DNA from: Lachnospiraceae bacterium
Lineage (GTDB): Bacteria > Bacillota > Clostridia > Lachnospirales > Lachnospiraceae
Direction of reading: 5' to 3'
Assembly: GCA_017465095.1 (NCBI GenBank)
Contig: JAFTWX010000045.1
Location: forward strand, 20,891-84,890
DNA length: 64,000 bases
The position numbers were made by a program, and so were the translations under genes. The notes under the pieces were generated by a model. The model saw only the letters and a list, made by a program, of their open reading frames with translations. It did not search any database and was not told the origin of the DNA. Positions 56,476 through 64,000 of this stretch are shown piece by piece (positions within the stretch are counted from its first letter, which is position 1; each line of letters starts with the position of its first letter).

Positions 56476-57870
56476 ATGAAAAGCGATACAATTGCTGCAG
56501 TTGCAACTGCTCTTTCGAATTCGGGAATCAGCATTATACGTGTCAGCGGTGAGGAAGCTGTCAATGTAGTAAATTCTGTTTTTGTTTCCAAATCAGGAAA
56601 ACATATTTTAAAAAATGTAAAATCACATACGATTCATTATGGTTTTATATATAAAAATGATGAAATGATTGATGAAGTCATGGTTTCTGTTATGAAGGCC
56701 CCGAAAAGTTTCACTATGGAGGATGTTGTCGAAATTAATTGCCACGGCGGAATTCTTGTCACAAAGAAAATTTTGGAGCTTGTTATTTTACAGGGTGCAA
56801 GACTTGCCATGCCCGGTGAATTTACAAAGAGAGCTTTTTTAAATGGAAGAATCGATTTGACAAAAGCGGAAGCAATTATGGATTTAATTGAAGCGAAGAG
56901 TGATTATGCTTTAAAAAGTTCCGCAAAGCAGCTGAAGGGAGTTGTTTATGATAAAGTAAAGCAGCTCCGTGAAAAAATTATTTATGAAATTGCTTTTATA
57001 GAATCTGCGATTGATGATCCCGAGCATATCAGTCTGGATGGTTTTTATGAAAGACTCGGTCAGGTGACAGATGAAGTTTTACAGGAAGTAGATCATTTAC
57101 TTGAGCAGTCGGAAAACGGCGTTTTACTGAAAAACGGAATCAATACAGTAATTGTCGGAAAGCCGAATGCGGGAAAATCTTCACTTTTAAATCGGCTTGT
57201 CGGAGAAGAAAAAGCGATTGTCACAGATGTAGCGGGAACAACAAGAGATGTGCTGAAAGAGACAATTACGTTGCATGGAATTTCTCTTAATCTGATTGAT
57301 ACAGCGGGTATTCATGAGACAGAAGATAAAGTTGAAAAAATAGGAGTAGACCGCGCAAAGGATTTTGCAAAAGATGCAGATTTAATTGTATATGTTGTAG
57401 ATTCTTCCGTTCCTTTGGATGATTCCGATGATGAAATTATCGATTTAATACGGGAAAAAAAGACAATTGTTCTTTTGAATAAATCGGACCTTTCCACTGT
57501 TACGGACGAAGTTTCTATCAGTAAAAAGTTAGCACAAGGTAACAAAAATATATGTCGTATGATAAAAACTTCCACGAAAGAAAATGTCGGAATTGATGAG
57601 TTTGAACATACGATAAAAGAAATGTTTTTCCAAGGTAATATTTCTTTGGAGGATGAGATTTATATTACAAATCTCAGACAAAAAGAATATTTATATGATA
57701 CAAAAAATTCACTTGTGCTTGTAAAACAAAGTCTTGCCGATGAAATGCCGGAGGATTTCTATTCCATTGATCTGATGAATGCTTATACTTCCCTTGGTTT
57801 GATTATCGGTGAAGAAGTAGAAGATGATCTTGTACAGGAAATTTTCTCTAAGTTTTGTATGGGTAAATAG
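56476..57870 (+). CDS. mnmE: tRNA modification GTPase MnmE
   Basis: The start was trimmed to the ATG after AGGGAG (MKSDTIAAVAT...). The G1 motif is GKPNAGKSSLLN, and DTAGI and the C-terminal FCMGK are present. Confidence 0.95.
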   Translation: MKSDTIAAVATALSNSGISIIRVSGEEAVNVVNSVFVSKSGKHILKNVKSHTIHYGFIYKNDEMIDEVMVSVMKAPKSFTMEDVVEINCHGGILVTKKILELVILQGARLAMPGEFTKRAFLNGRIDLTKAEAIMDLIEAKSDYALKSSAKQLKGVVYDKVKQLREKIIYEIAFIESAIDDPEHISLDGFYERLGQVTDEVLQEVDHLLEQSENGVLLKNGINTVIVGKPNAGKSSLLNRLVGEEKAIVTDVAGTTRDVLKETITLHGISLNLIDTAGIHETEDKVEKIGVDRAKDFAKDADLIVYVVDSSVPLDDSDDEIIDLIREKKTIVLLNKSDLSTVTDEVSISKKLAQGNKNICRMIKTSTKENVGIDEFEHTIKEMFFQGNISLEDEIYITNLRQKEYLYDTKNSLVLVKQSLADEMPEDFYSIDLMNAYTSLGLIIGEEVEDDLVQEIFSKFCMGK

Positions 57871-57898
57871 ATGAATTACGTATATGGAGGATAAAAAT

Positions 57899-59818
57899 AT
57901 GTCCGATATAAAAATATCTGATATCAGAGAAGAAGTTGATGTGTGTATTATCGGCGCAGGACATGCAGGTTGTGAAGCTGCACTTGCATGTGCAAGAAAC
58001 GGACTTGAGACAGTTATATTTACGGTAAGTGTCGACAGTATTGCGCTTATGCCTTGTAATCCGAATATCGGTGGATCCAGTAAAGGTCATTTGGTAAGAG
58101 AATTGGATGCCATGGGCGGCGAAATGGGAAAAATCATCGATAAAACTTTTATCCAGTCAAAGATGCTCAATGTTTCGAAAGGACCTGCGGTTCACTCTCT
58201 TCGTGCCCAGGCGGATAAACAAAGTTACACGATGGAAATGAGACGTGTTTTGGAAAATACCGATCATTTAACAATCAAGCAGGCAGAAGTAACGGAGCTT
58301 TTGGCAGATTATGATGAATCTTCGGATAAATATATGATAACCGGTGTCCGGATTTACAATGGCGGTGTTTATAAATGTAAGGCGGTAGTTCTTTGTACCG
58401 GAACTTACTTAAATGCCAGATGTCTTTGCGGTGAATCTATCACTTATACCGGACCGAACGGTCTTCAGGCTGCAACCGGACTGACGGATTCTTTGAAATC
58501 TTACGGAATTGAAATGCAGAGATTTAAAACAGGAACACCGGCCAGAATGGATGCACGTTCCATTGATTTTTCAAAGATGGAAGAGCAGACAGGTGATGAG
58601 AAGATAGTTCCGTTTTCTTTTTCTACCAATCCGGATGAAATCCAAAAGGAACAGATTTCATGTTGGCTGACTTATACCAATGAAGAAACCCATGAAATTA
58701 TCCGTGCAAATTTGGACCGTTCTCCGATTTATGCAGGAATTATAGAAGGAACAGGTCCGAGATATTGTCCTTCCATCGAAGATAAAGTTGTAAAATTTGC
58801 GGACAAAAATCGTCATCAGGTATTTATTGAACCGGAAGGTCTTAATACAAATGAGATGTATGTCGGTGGTATGTCTTCTTCTTTACCGGAAGATGTTCAA
58901 ATTAAAATGTATCGTACGGTACCGGGACTTGAGAATTGTAAAATTGTAAGAAACGCTTACGCGATTGAATACGATTGCATCAAGCCGGATCAGCTTTATC
59001 CGTCTCTTGCTTTCAAAAAATTTGACGGACTTTATTCCGGCGGACAGTTTAACGGAAGTAGCGGTTACGAAGAAGCAGCAGTTCAGGGACTTATTGCCGG
59101 AATTAATGCAGCAAGATATATTCAGGAAAAAGATCCGATTGTTATTGATCGAAGCGAGGGATACATCGGTGTTTTGATTGACGATCTTGTGACAAAAGAT
59201 AACCGGGAACCATATCGTATGATGACATCCAGATCTGAATATCGACTTTTGCTTCGACAGGACAATGCAGATTTACGTCTGCGAAAATTAGGATATGAAG
59301 CAGGACTTATATCACAGCAGGAATATGATTATGTCGTTGAGAAAGAAAAACTGATTAATGAAGAAGTTAGCCGCCTGCAACTTTTTAAAGTCGGCGCAAA
59401 CAAGCGGACGCAGGAATTTCTTGCTGCACATGACAGTGCTCCGTTAAAAACAGGAACAACCATGGCGGAGCTTATGTGTCGTCCGGAACTGACATATGAA
59501 ATGCTTGCCGAAATAGATGATGAGAGACCTTCTCTTTCTGCTGATGTGATTGAGCAGGTAAATATCAATATTAAATATGACGGTTATATCAAACGTCAGC
59601 AAAAACAGGTTGAGCAGTTTAAGAAAATTGAAAATAAGAAAATACCGGAAGATATTTGTTATGACGATGTGAATAGTCTTCGTTTGGAAGCAAAACAAAA
59701 ACTTAACAAATACCGTCCTGTTTCTGTCGGACAGGCATCCCGGATTTCCGGAGTTTCTCCTGCAGATATTTCTGTGCTTCTTATCTATTTAGAGACTTAT
59801 TATAAAAACAAGCAATAA
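57899..59818 (+). CDS. mnmG: tRNA uridine 5-carboxymethylaminomethyl modification enzyme MnmG
   Basis: The start was trimmed to the ATG after GGAGG. The FAD motif is [14 protein letters not shown], and [12 protein letters not shown] is present. Confidence 0.95.
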   Translation: MSDIKISDIREEVDVCIIGAGHAGCEAALACARNGLETVIFTVSVDSIALMPCNPNIGGSSKGHLVRELDAMGGEMGKIIDKTFIQSKMLNVSKGPAVHSLRAQADKQSYTMEMRRVLENTDHLTIKQAEVTELLADYDESSDKYMITGVRIYNGGVYKCKAVVLCTGTYLNARCLCGESITYTGPNGLQAATGLTDSLKSYGIEMQRFKTGTPARMDARSIDFSKMEEQTGDEKIVPFSFSTNPDEIQKEQISCWLTYTNEETHEIIRANLDRSPIYAGIIEGTGPRYCPSIEDKVVKFADKNRHQVFIEPEGLNTNEMYVGGMSSSLPEDVQIKMYRTVPGLENCKIVRNAYAIEYDCIKPDQLYPSLAFKKFDGLYSGGQFNGSSGYEEAAVQGLIAGINAARYIQEKDPIVIDRSEGYIGVLIDDLVTKDNREPYRMMTSRSEYRLLLRQDNADLRLRKLGYEAGLISQQEYDYVVEKEKLINEEVSRLQLFKVGANKRTQEFLAAHDSAPLKTGTTMAELMCRPELTYEMLAEIDDERPSLSADVIEQVNINIKYDGYIKRQQKQVEQFKKIENKKIPEDICYDDVNSLRLEAKQKLNKYRPVSVGQASRISGVSPADISVLLIYLETYYKNKQ

Positions 59819-59836
59819 AATGTTTGAGGTAAAATT

Positions 59837-60568
59837 ATGAGCCATAATTTTGATGCATTTGTTTCAGATCTAAAACAATGGGATTTAGAATTAAATGAAA
59901 AACAGATTCAACAGTTTTCTGATTATTACGATCTTTTGGTGGAATGGAATTCTTTTATGAATCTCACTGCAATTACTGAATTTGATGAAGTTTGTAAAAA
60001 ACATTTTTTGGACAGTCTTTCTATTGTGAAGGCATATGACAGAAATTTTTTGGAAAAAGAAAATCTTTCTTTGATCGATATCGGAACCGGCGCAGGGTTC
60101 CCCGGCATTCCGATTAAAATTGCGTTTCCGAATATTCATGTGACATTGCTTGACTCTTTAAATAAAAGAATTAAGTTTCTTGATACGGTAATAGAAAAGT
60201 TAGCATTTGCTAACTGTGAGACTTATCACGGACGTGCGGAAGATTATGCAAAACCGAATTTATTGAGAGAGAAATATGATCTTTGTGTATCCAGGGCTGT
60301 TGCTAATTTATCGACACTTTCTGAATATTGCCTTCCGTATGTAAAAATAGGCGGAGATTTTGTTTCTTATAAGTCAGAGAAAATTAGTGAAGAATCTGTC
60401 CAGGCAGAAAAAGCGATTTCGATTCTGGGCGGAAAAGTTAATAGGCAGGTAGATTTTACGTTACCGGAGTCGGACATCTATCGTAATATATATATTATTT
60501 CTAAGGAAAAACCGACACCAAAAAAATTCCCGCGTAAAGCAGGACTACCATCAAAGGAGCCGTTGTAA
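59837..60568 (+). CDS. rsmG: 16S rRNA (guanine527-N7)-methyltransferase RsmG
   Basis: The SAM motif is LIDIGTGAGFPGIPIKI. The gene follows mnmG, its conserved position. Confidence 0.93.
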   Translation: MSHNFDAFVSDLKQWDLELNEKQIQQFSDYYDLLVEWNSFMNLTAITEFDEVCKKHFLDSLSIVKAYDRNFLEKENLSLIDIGTGAGFPGIPIKIAFPNIHVTLLDSLNKRIKFLDTVIEKLAFANCETYHGRAEDYAKPNLLREKYDLCVSRAVANLSTLSEYCLPYVKIGGDFVSYKSEKISEESVQAEKAISILGGKVNRQVDFTLPESDIYRNIYIISKEKPTPKKFPRKAGLPSKEPL

Positions 60569-60598
60569 ATACATGTATTGATGTATGTGATAAGATTT

Positions 60599-60883
60599 AA
60601 AAATTCTTAAGAAGTGAGATAGAAGATATTTTTATTTTTAAGTCTTGAATTTGCTTAGAATTATTTGAAGTTGAAAATCTTGTGTTAGGATACAAAACAC
60701 CACATGTCTGAGGAATAATAAAATAACGACACCATAAGCTTGCTTAAATGGTGTCGTTTATTTTTTATTCCGAGTTTGGTGATTTTGTATCCTGTTCTTA
60801 ACAAGATTTTCAGCTTTTAATAATTCTTAGCAATTTCATCGAAAAAATAAAAATATTTCTATCTCTTTTTATTATAAATTTTT
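60599..60883. repeat. Long imperfect inverted repeat (about 135-nt arms) centred on a terminator-like hairpin
   Basis: The centre is aacgacacc-[16 nt containing aagctt]-ggtgtcgtt at 60725-60758. By hand alignment the arms are complementary at roughly three quarters or more of positions. Examples are gagatagaagatatttttattttt vs gagatagaaatatttttatttttt, tgaaaatcttgt on both arms, and ggatacaaaa on both arms. Confidence 0.8.
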
Positions 60884-60887
60884 ACAA

Positions 60888-60903
60888 AGTTTCACATGAA
60901 ACA
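60888..60903. promoter_or_regulatory. parS-like site (2 mismatches)
   Basis: AGTTTCACATGAAACA compared with the consensus TGTTNCACGTGAAACA. It abuts the stop codon of the hydrolase gene. Confidence 0.5.
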
Positions 60904-60904
60904 T

Positions 60905-61849
60905 TTATATATAGCATTTAATAGTATTAATTGTGTAATCCGGTCTTTCCAAGTGAGGTAACAATTTTGTGTCACTAATTGTTACGGATTCAATTGCACC
61001 GTTATAATATTCATAGTTTTCTAATATGGTTTCTTTATCGTTTACCTCGGAGCCCTGGATAATGGTAATGCTGTTATTAATTTCTTTGATTGCATGTAAG
61101 ATATTAATGTTTGTGTATCTTCCAAGATAACTTGAAATTGCATATTTCACTTTGTAGTTATTTAAGTGTGCAGCTTCACAATATGCATTAATATGTTTAT
61201 CATCTACCAAAGCAGGATCACAATAATAGTTTTCTTTAAAAGCTTCTTCAATCATATTTTTGCTTGTCTGCATATTATAAACAAGAGTTCCGATAATCGG
61301 AGTATCGATAAGCCATTTTAATAATTTCGTTTGTTTTGTTGGAATCTGATTTGCCTGGTATAAGCTTTGAGGATTTATAAAAATCAGATTATTTACTACG
61401 TCCGGATCATTATGGCATGTCATAACTGCAATAGAAGATGAGTCGCCGGATGTAATAATAGTTGTTTTCTTTCCGATTACAGTTTTAATAAAATCTGTTA
61501 TTAACTGAACATATAAGTAATTTGTATATGTCATATTACACTTTTCTGATAATCCATATCCTAATAAATCAATGGCATAAACTTCATTTGTTTCTGAAAG
61601 ACCATCAATCATAGAATTGAATTCATAAGAAGAACTTCCCGGTGTCAGATTATGAATAAGTAAAATCGGATTTCCGGATCCTTTTTTAATATAATGTATT
61701 TTACCAAATCTCCATTCATAATCATGGGTATTATTTTTATTTGCATGTTCTTTTACAGTATGCATGGAGAAATTTATTCTATTAATAACATGAATAGCTC
61801 CGGCTGTTGCAACAGTAAGCCAAGCAATTGTTTTGATTACTTTTTTCAT
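60905..61849 (-). CDS. Alpha/beta-fold hydrolase with an N-terminal membrane anchor
   Basis: 314 aa. MKKVIKTIAWLTVATAGAIHV is the anchor and PILLIHNLTPGSS is an HG-like oxyanion region. ITSGDSSSIAV stands where the nucleophile elbow GxSxG would be, so it is atypical. The gene is AT-rich (17/60 G+C in a hand-counted sample) and oriented head-on to replication. Confidence 0.6.
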   Translation of the reverse strand: MKKVIKTIAWLTVATAGAIHVINRINFSMHTVKEHANKNNTHDYEWRFGKIHYIKKGSGNPILLIHNLTPGSSSYEFNSMIDGLSETNEVYAIDLLGYGLSEKCNMTYTNYLYVQLITDFIKTVIGKKTTIITSGDSSSIAVMTCHNDPDVVNNLIFINPQSLYQANQIPTKQTKLLKWLIDTPIIGTLVYNMQTSKNMIEEAFKENYYCDPALVDDKHINAYCEAAHLNNYKVKYAISSYLGRYTNINILHAIKEINNSITIIQGSEVNDKETILENYEYYNGAIESVTISDTKLLPHLERPDYTINTIKCYI

Positions 61850-61958
61850 TATTTACCCCTTTCTTAAAAGCACTTTTATATATTTTACCTTATTATGTTC
61901 AAAAACTCAATTATTATATATATAAGAAAAGACACTAAATATAGATATTTTTTTAAAA

Positions 61959-61974
61959 TGTTTCACGTGAAACA
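61959..61974. promoter_or_regulatory. parS site (perfect palindromic consensus)
   Basis: TGTTTCACGTGAAACA matches TGTTNCACGTGAAACA at every position. Confidence 0.85.
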
Positions 61975-62008
61975 TTTATATATGAAACAAAAAATATAAT
62001 CAAGATAA

Positions 62009-62024
62009 TGTTTCACGTGAAACA
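62009..62024. promoter_or_regulatory. parS site (perfect palindromic consensus), second copy
   Basis: The same TGTTTCACGTGAAACA sits 50 bp from the first copy. Confidence 0.85.
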
Positions 62025-62052
62025 TTTCACCCCTAAATATTGTGTTGATGTC

Positions 62053-62085
62053 CGTGAAACATTTTGTTTTTAAAACTGTGAAACA
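62053..62085. promoter_or_regulatory. Two parS half-sites
   Basis: CGTGAAACA lies at 62053-62061 and GTGAAACA at 62078-62085. Both are followed by TTT, as in the full sites. Confidence 0.5.
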
Positions 62086-62175
62086 TTTGAATAAAAATAA
62101 TAAAGAACTAGATATTGTGGTTGGAGGATAATATAGAAAAAGACAAATCTTTTATAGATAAAAATATAGATTAGT

Positions 62176-62183
62176 GATATAAT
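62176..62183 (+). promoter_or_regulatory. Extended -10 promoter element candidate for parAB
   Basis: The sequence TGATATAAT (TGnTATAAT) lies about 60 nt upstream of the parA ATG, and the -35 region is weak. Confidence 0.4.
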
Positions 62184-62244
62184 CAATTCGTATGCGAGAG
62201 AAAAAGAAATGTGTCAGGAGATGTACCTGACAGGAGGAAAACAT

Positions 62245-63012
62245 ATGGGAAGAATTATTGCAGTAGCAAACCAAAAAGGTGGAGTAGGCAAAACAACTAC
62301 TTCTATTAATTTATCAGCATGTCTTGCTGAAAAAGGGAAAAAGGTATTAGTAATTGATACAGATCCGCAGGGAAATACAACCAGTGGATTTGGAATTGAT
62401 AAAAATAATTTGGATGATACCGTGTATGAACTTATTTTAGGAGAGTGTTCCATCTTTGATTGTATTATTAAAGATGCCATTCCGAATGTATCTGTATTGC
62501 CGTCAAATGTTAATTTAGCTGCAGCAGAAATTGAGTTAATCGGTATTGATAAAAAAGAATTCATTTTAAAGAATGAAGTAGATTTTGTGAAGGATGACTA
62601 CGACTACATTATTATCGATTGTCCTCCATCACTGAGTATGTTGACGATCAATGCAATGACGACAGCGGATTCTGTTCTTGTTCCAATCCAGTGTGAGTTT
62701 TATGCGTTGGAAGGTTTAAGTCAGTTGATACATACTGTAAATCTGATTAAGGAAAGATTAAATCCGGAACTTTCTATGGAAGGTGTCGTATTTACTATGT
62801 ATGATTCCAGAACAAATCTTTCTATGCAGGTAGTAGAAAATGTAAAACAGAATTTGCATGAAAATATATGTGAAACAGTGATTCCGAGAAATATTCGTTT
62901 AGCAGAAGCACCTAGTTACGGAATGCCGATTACTGTTTATGACCCGAAATCAACTGGTGCAGATAGTTACAGAAAATTAGCAGAAGAAGTAATTAACAGA
63001 AAGGATGCATAA
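62245..63012 (+). CDS. parA: Chromosome partitioning ATPase ParA/Soj
   Basis: The start was trimmed to the ATG after AGGAGGA. The deviant Walker A is VANQKGGVGKTTT, and IIIDCPPSL is present. Confidence 0.95.
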   Translation: MGRIIAVANQKGGVGKTTTSINLSACLAEKGKKVLVIDTDPQGNTTSGFGIDKNNLDDTVYELILGECSIFDCIIKDAIPNVSVLPSNVNLAAAEIELIGIDKKEFILKNEVDFVKDDYDYIIIDCPPSLSMLTINAMTTADSVLVPIQCEFYALEGLSQLIHTVNLIKERLNPELSMEGVVFTMYDSRTNLSMQVVENVKQNLHENICETVIPRNIRLAEAPSYGMPITVYDPKSTGADSYRKLAEEVINRKDA

Positions 63013-63013
63013 G

Positions 63014-63898
63014 ATGGCGGGGAAAGCGAAAGGTTTAGGAAGAGGTTTGGATACTTTAATACCGGCTTCAACTAGTAAACCGGTAAAAAAAGAAGTTGTG
63101 GAATCTGTAGAGAAAGGACCGGAGACACTTGTAAAAATTACAAAGGTGGAGCCGAACAGAGAACAGCCACGTAAAAATTTTGATGAAGATGCTCTTTTGG
63201 AGTTAGCGGAATCTATCAAACAGTTCGGTTTGCTTCAACCGATCCTTGTTCAGGATAGAAAAGATTATTATGAAATTATTGCAGGAGAGAGAAGATGGCG
63301 TGCTGCTAAGTTAGCCGGATTAAAGGAAGTTCCTGTAATTATTAAAAATTTAACAGAACAGGAAATCGTTGAGATCGCATTAATTGAAAATATTCAGCGA
63401 GAGGATTTAAATCCGATTGAAGAAGCTCTTGCTTATAAGAAACTTTTAGAAGAATTCAATCTGAAACAGGATGAGGTAGCAGAAAGAGTTTCTAAGAGCA
63501 GAACTGCTGTAACTAATTCTATGCGTCTGTTAAAACTTTCGGATGAAGTGCAGCAGATGATTATCGATGAGATGATTACAACGGGTCATGCCAGAGCACT
63601 TCTTGCAGTTTCCGATCCGGAACAGCAGTATGTGTTAGCACAGAGAATTTTTGATGAAAAGCTCAGTGTTCGTGACATTGAAAAGCTGGTAAAAGAAATC
63701 GGTAAACCTGCAAAAGTAAAGAAGGATAAATCCATCGATGAAAGTCTTCAGGTTATTTATCAGGATATCAGTGAAAAGCTGAAAGTAAAATTGGGTACGA
63801 AAGTAAATGTAGTACCAAAGGAAAACGGAAGCGGTAAGATCGAAATCGAGTTTTATTCACATGATGAATTAGATCGAATCATCAGTCAGATTAAATAG
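63014..63898 (+). CDS. parB: Chromosome partitioning protein ParB/Spo0J
   Basis: Motifs are GLGRGLDTLIP, the IIAGERRWRAAKLAG arginine patch, and an HTH region. Confidence 0.95.
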   Translation: MAGKAKGLGRGLDTLIPASTSKPVKKEVVESVEKGPETLVKITKVEPNREQPRKNFDEDALLELAESIKQFGLLQPILVQDRKDYYEIIAGERRWRAAKLAGLKEVPVIIKNLTEQEIVEIALIENIQREDLNPIEEALAYKKLLEEFNLKQDEVAERVSKSRTAVTNSMRLLKLSDEVQQMIIDEMITTGHARALLAVSDPEQQYVLAQRIFDEKLSVRDIEKLVKEIGKPAKVKKDKSIDESLQVIYQDISEKLKVKLGTKVNVVPKENGSGKIEIEFYSHDELDRIISQIK

Positions 63899-63928
63899 GA
63901 AGTAAAATACAAACGGAGGTCTATCAAT

Positions 63929-64000
63929 GACAAGTAATATATTAAATAGTATTGGACTTGGCAATGTTGATATCGGATACATTTTAATCGGCTTTGCAGT
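63929..64000 (+). CDS. Start of a small membrane protein gene downstream of parB (partial)
   Basis: The GGAGG RBS is followed by ATG and MTSNILNSIGLGNVDIGYILIGFA..., and the window edge truncates the ORF. Confidence 0.4.

Overview
This window covers the replication-origin neighbourhood of a low-GC Gram-positive chromosome, Clostridia/Lachnospiraceae-like by gene content. The right third (41.3-64 kb) is the canonical origin region. On the minus strand it carries gyrA-gyrB-recF-yaaA-dnaN-dnaA, and on the plus strand rpmH-rnpA-yidD-yidC-jag-mnmE-mnmG-rsmG followed by parA-parB. DnaA boxes lie on both sides of dnaA, gene orientation switches there, and parS sites cluster upstream of parAB. The left 41 kb is mostly minus-strand, so co-directional with replication from that origin. 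It mixes housekeeping genes (glpK, M24 aminopeptidase, MOP flippase, YitJ-like methyltransferase/MTHFR, glgB, rsmA, tatD, tRNA-Lys) with accessory modules:
- an 11-gene translationally coupled Tad/Flp pilus operon, including a 55-aa Flp pilin that is absent from the ORF track;
- an orphan flagellin / FliS-like pair preceded by a 1035-aa protein of unknown family, behind a sigma-28-like promoter;
- a 1087-aa TPR / acidic-repeat / degenerate-AAA+ protein;
- an ECF sigma factor with unusual membrane partners;
- a DUF1905-like/C39-like peptidase fusion.
I saw no transposase, integrase, CRISPR array, cas gene or recognisable defence system. The structural oddities worth follow-up are:
- a roughly 285-bp imperfect palindrome between rsmG and an AT-rich alpha/beta-hydrolase gene;
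- extended parS-containing direct repeats flanking that hydrolase gene;
- 33-bp phased TTTGCAC/T-tract repeats upstream of a very AT-rich AAA+ ATPase gene;
- a compositional step near 41.3 kb.
All calls rest on reading motifs in the translated ORFs and the DNA by eye. No database search was run.
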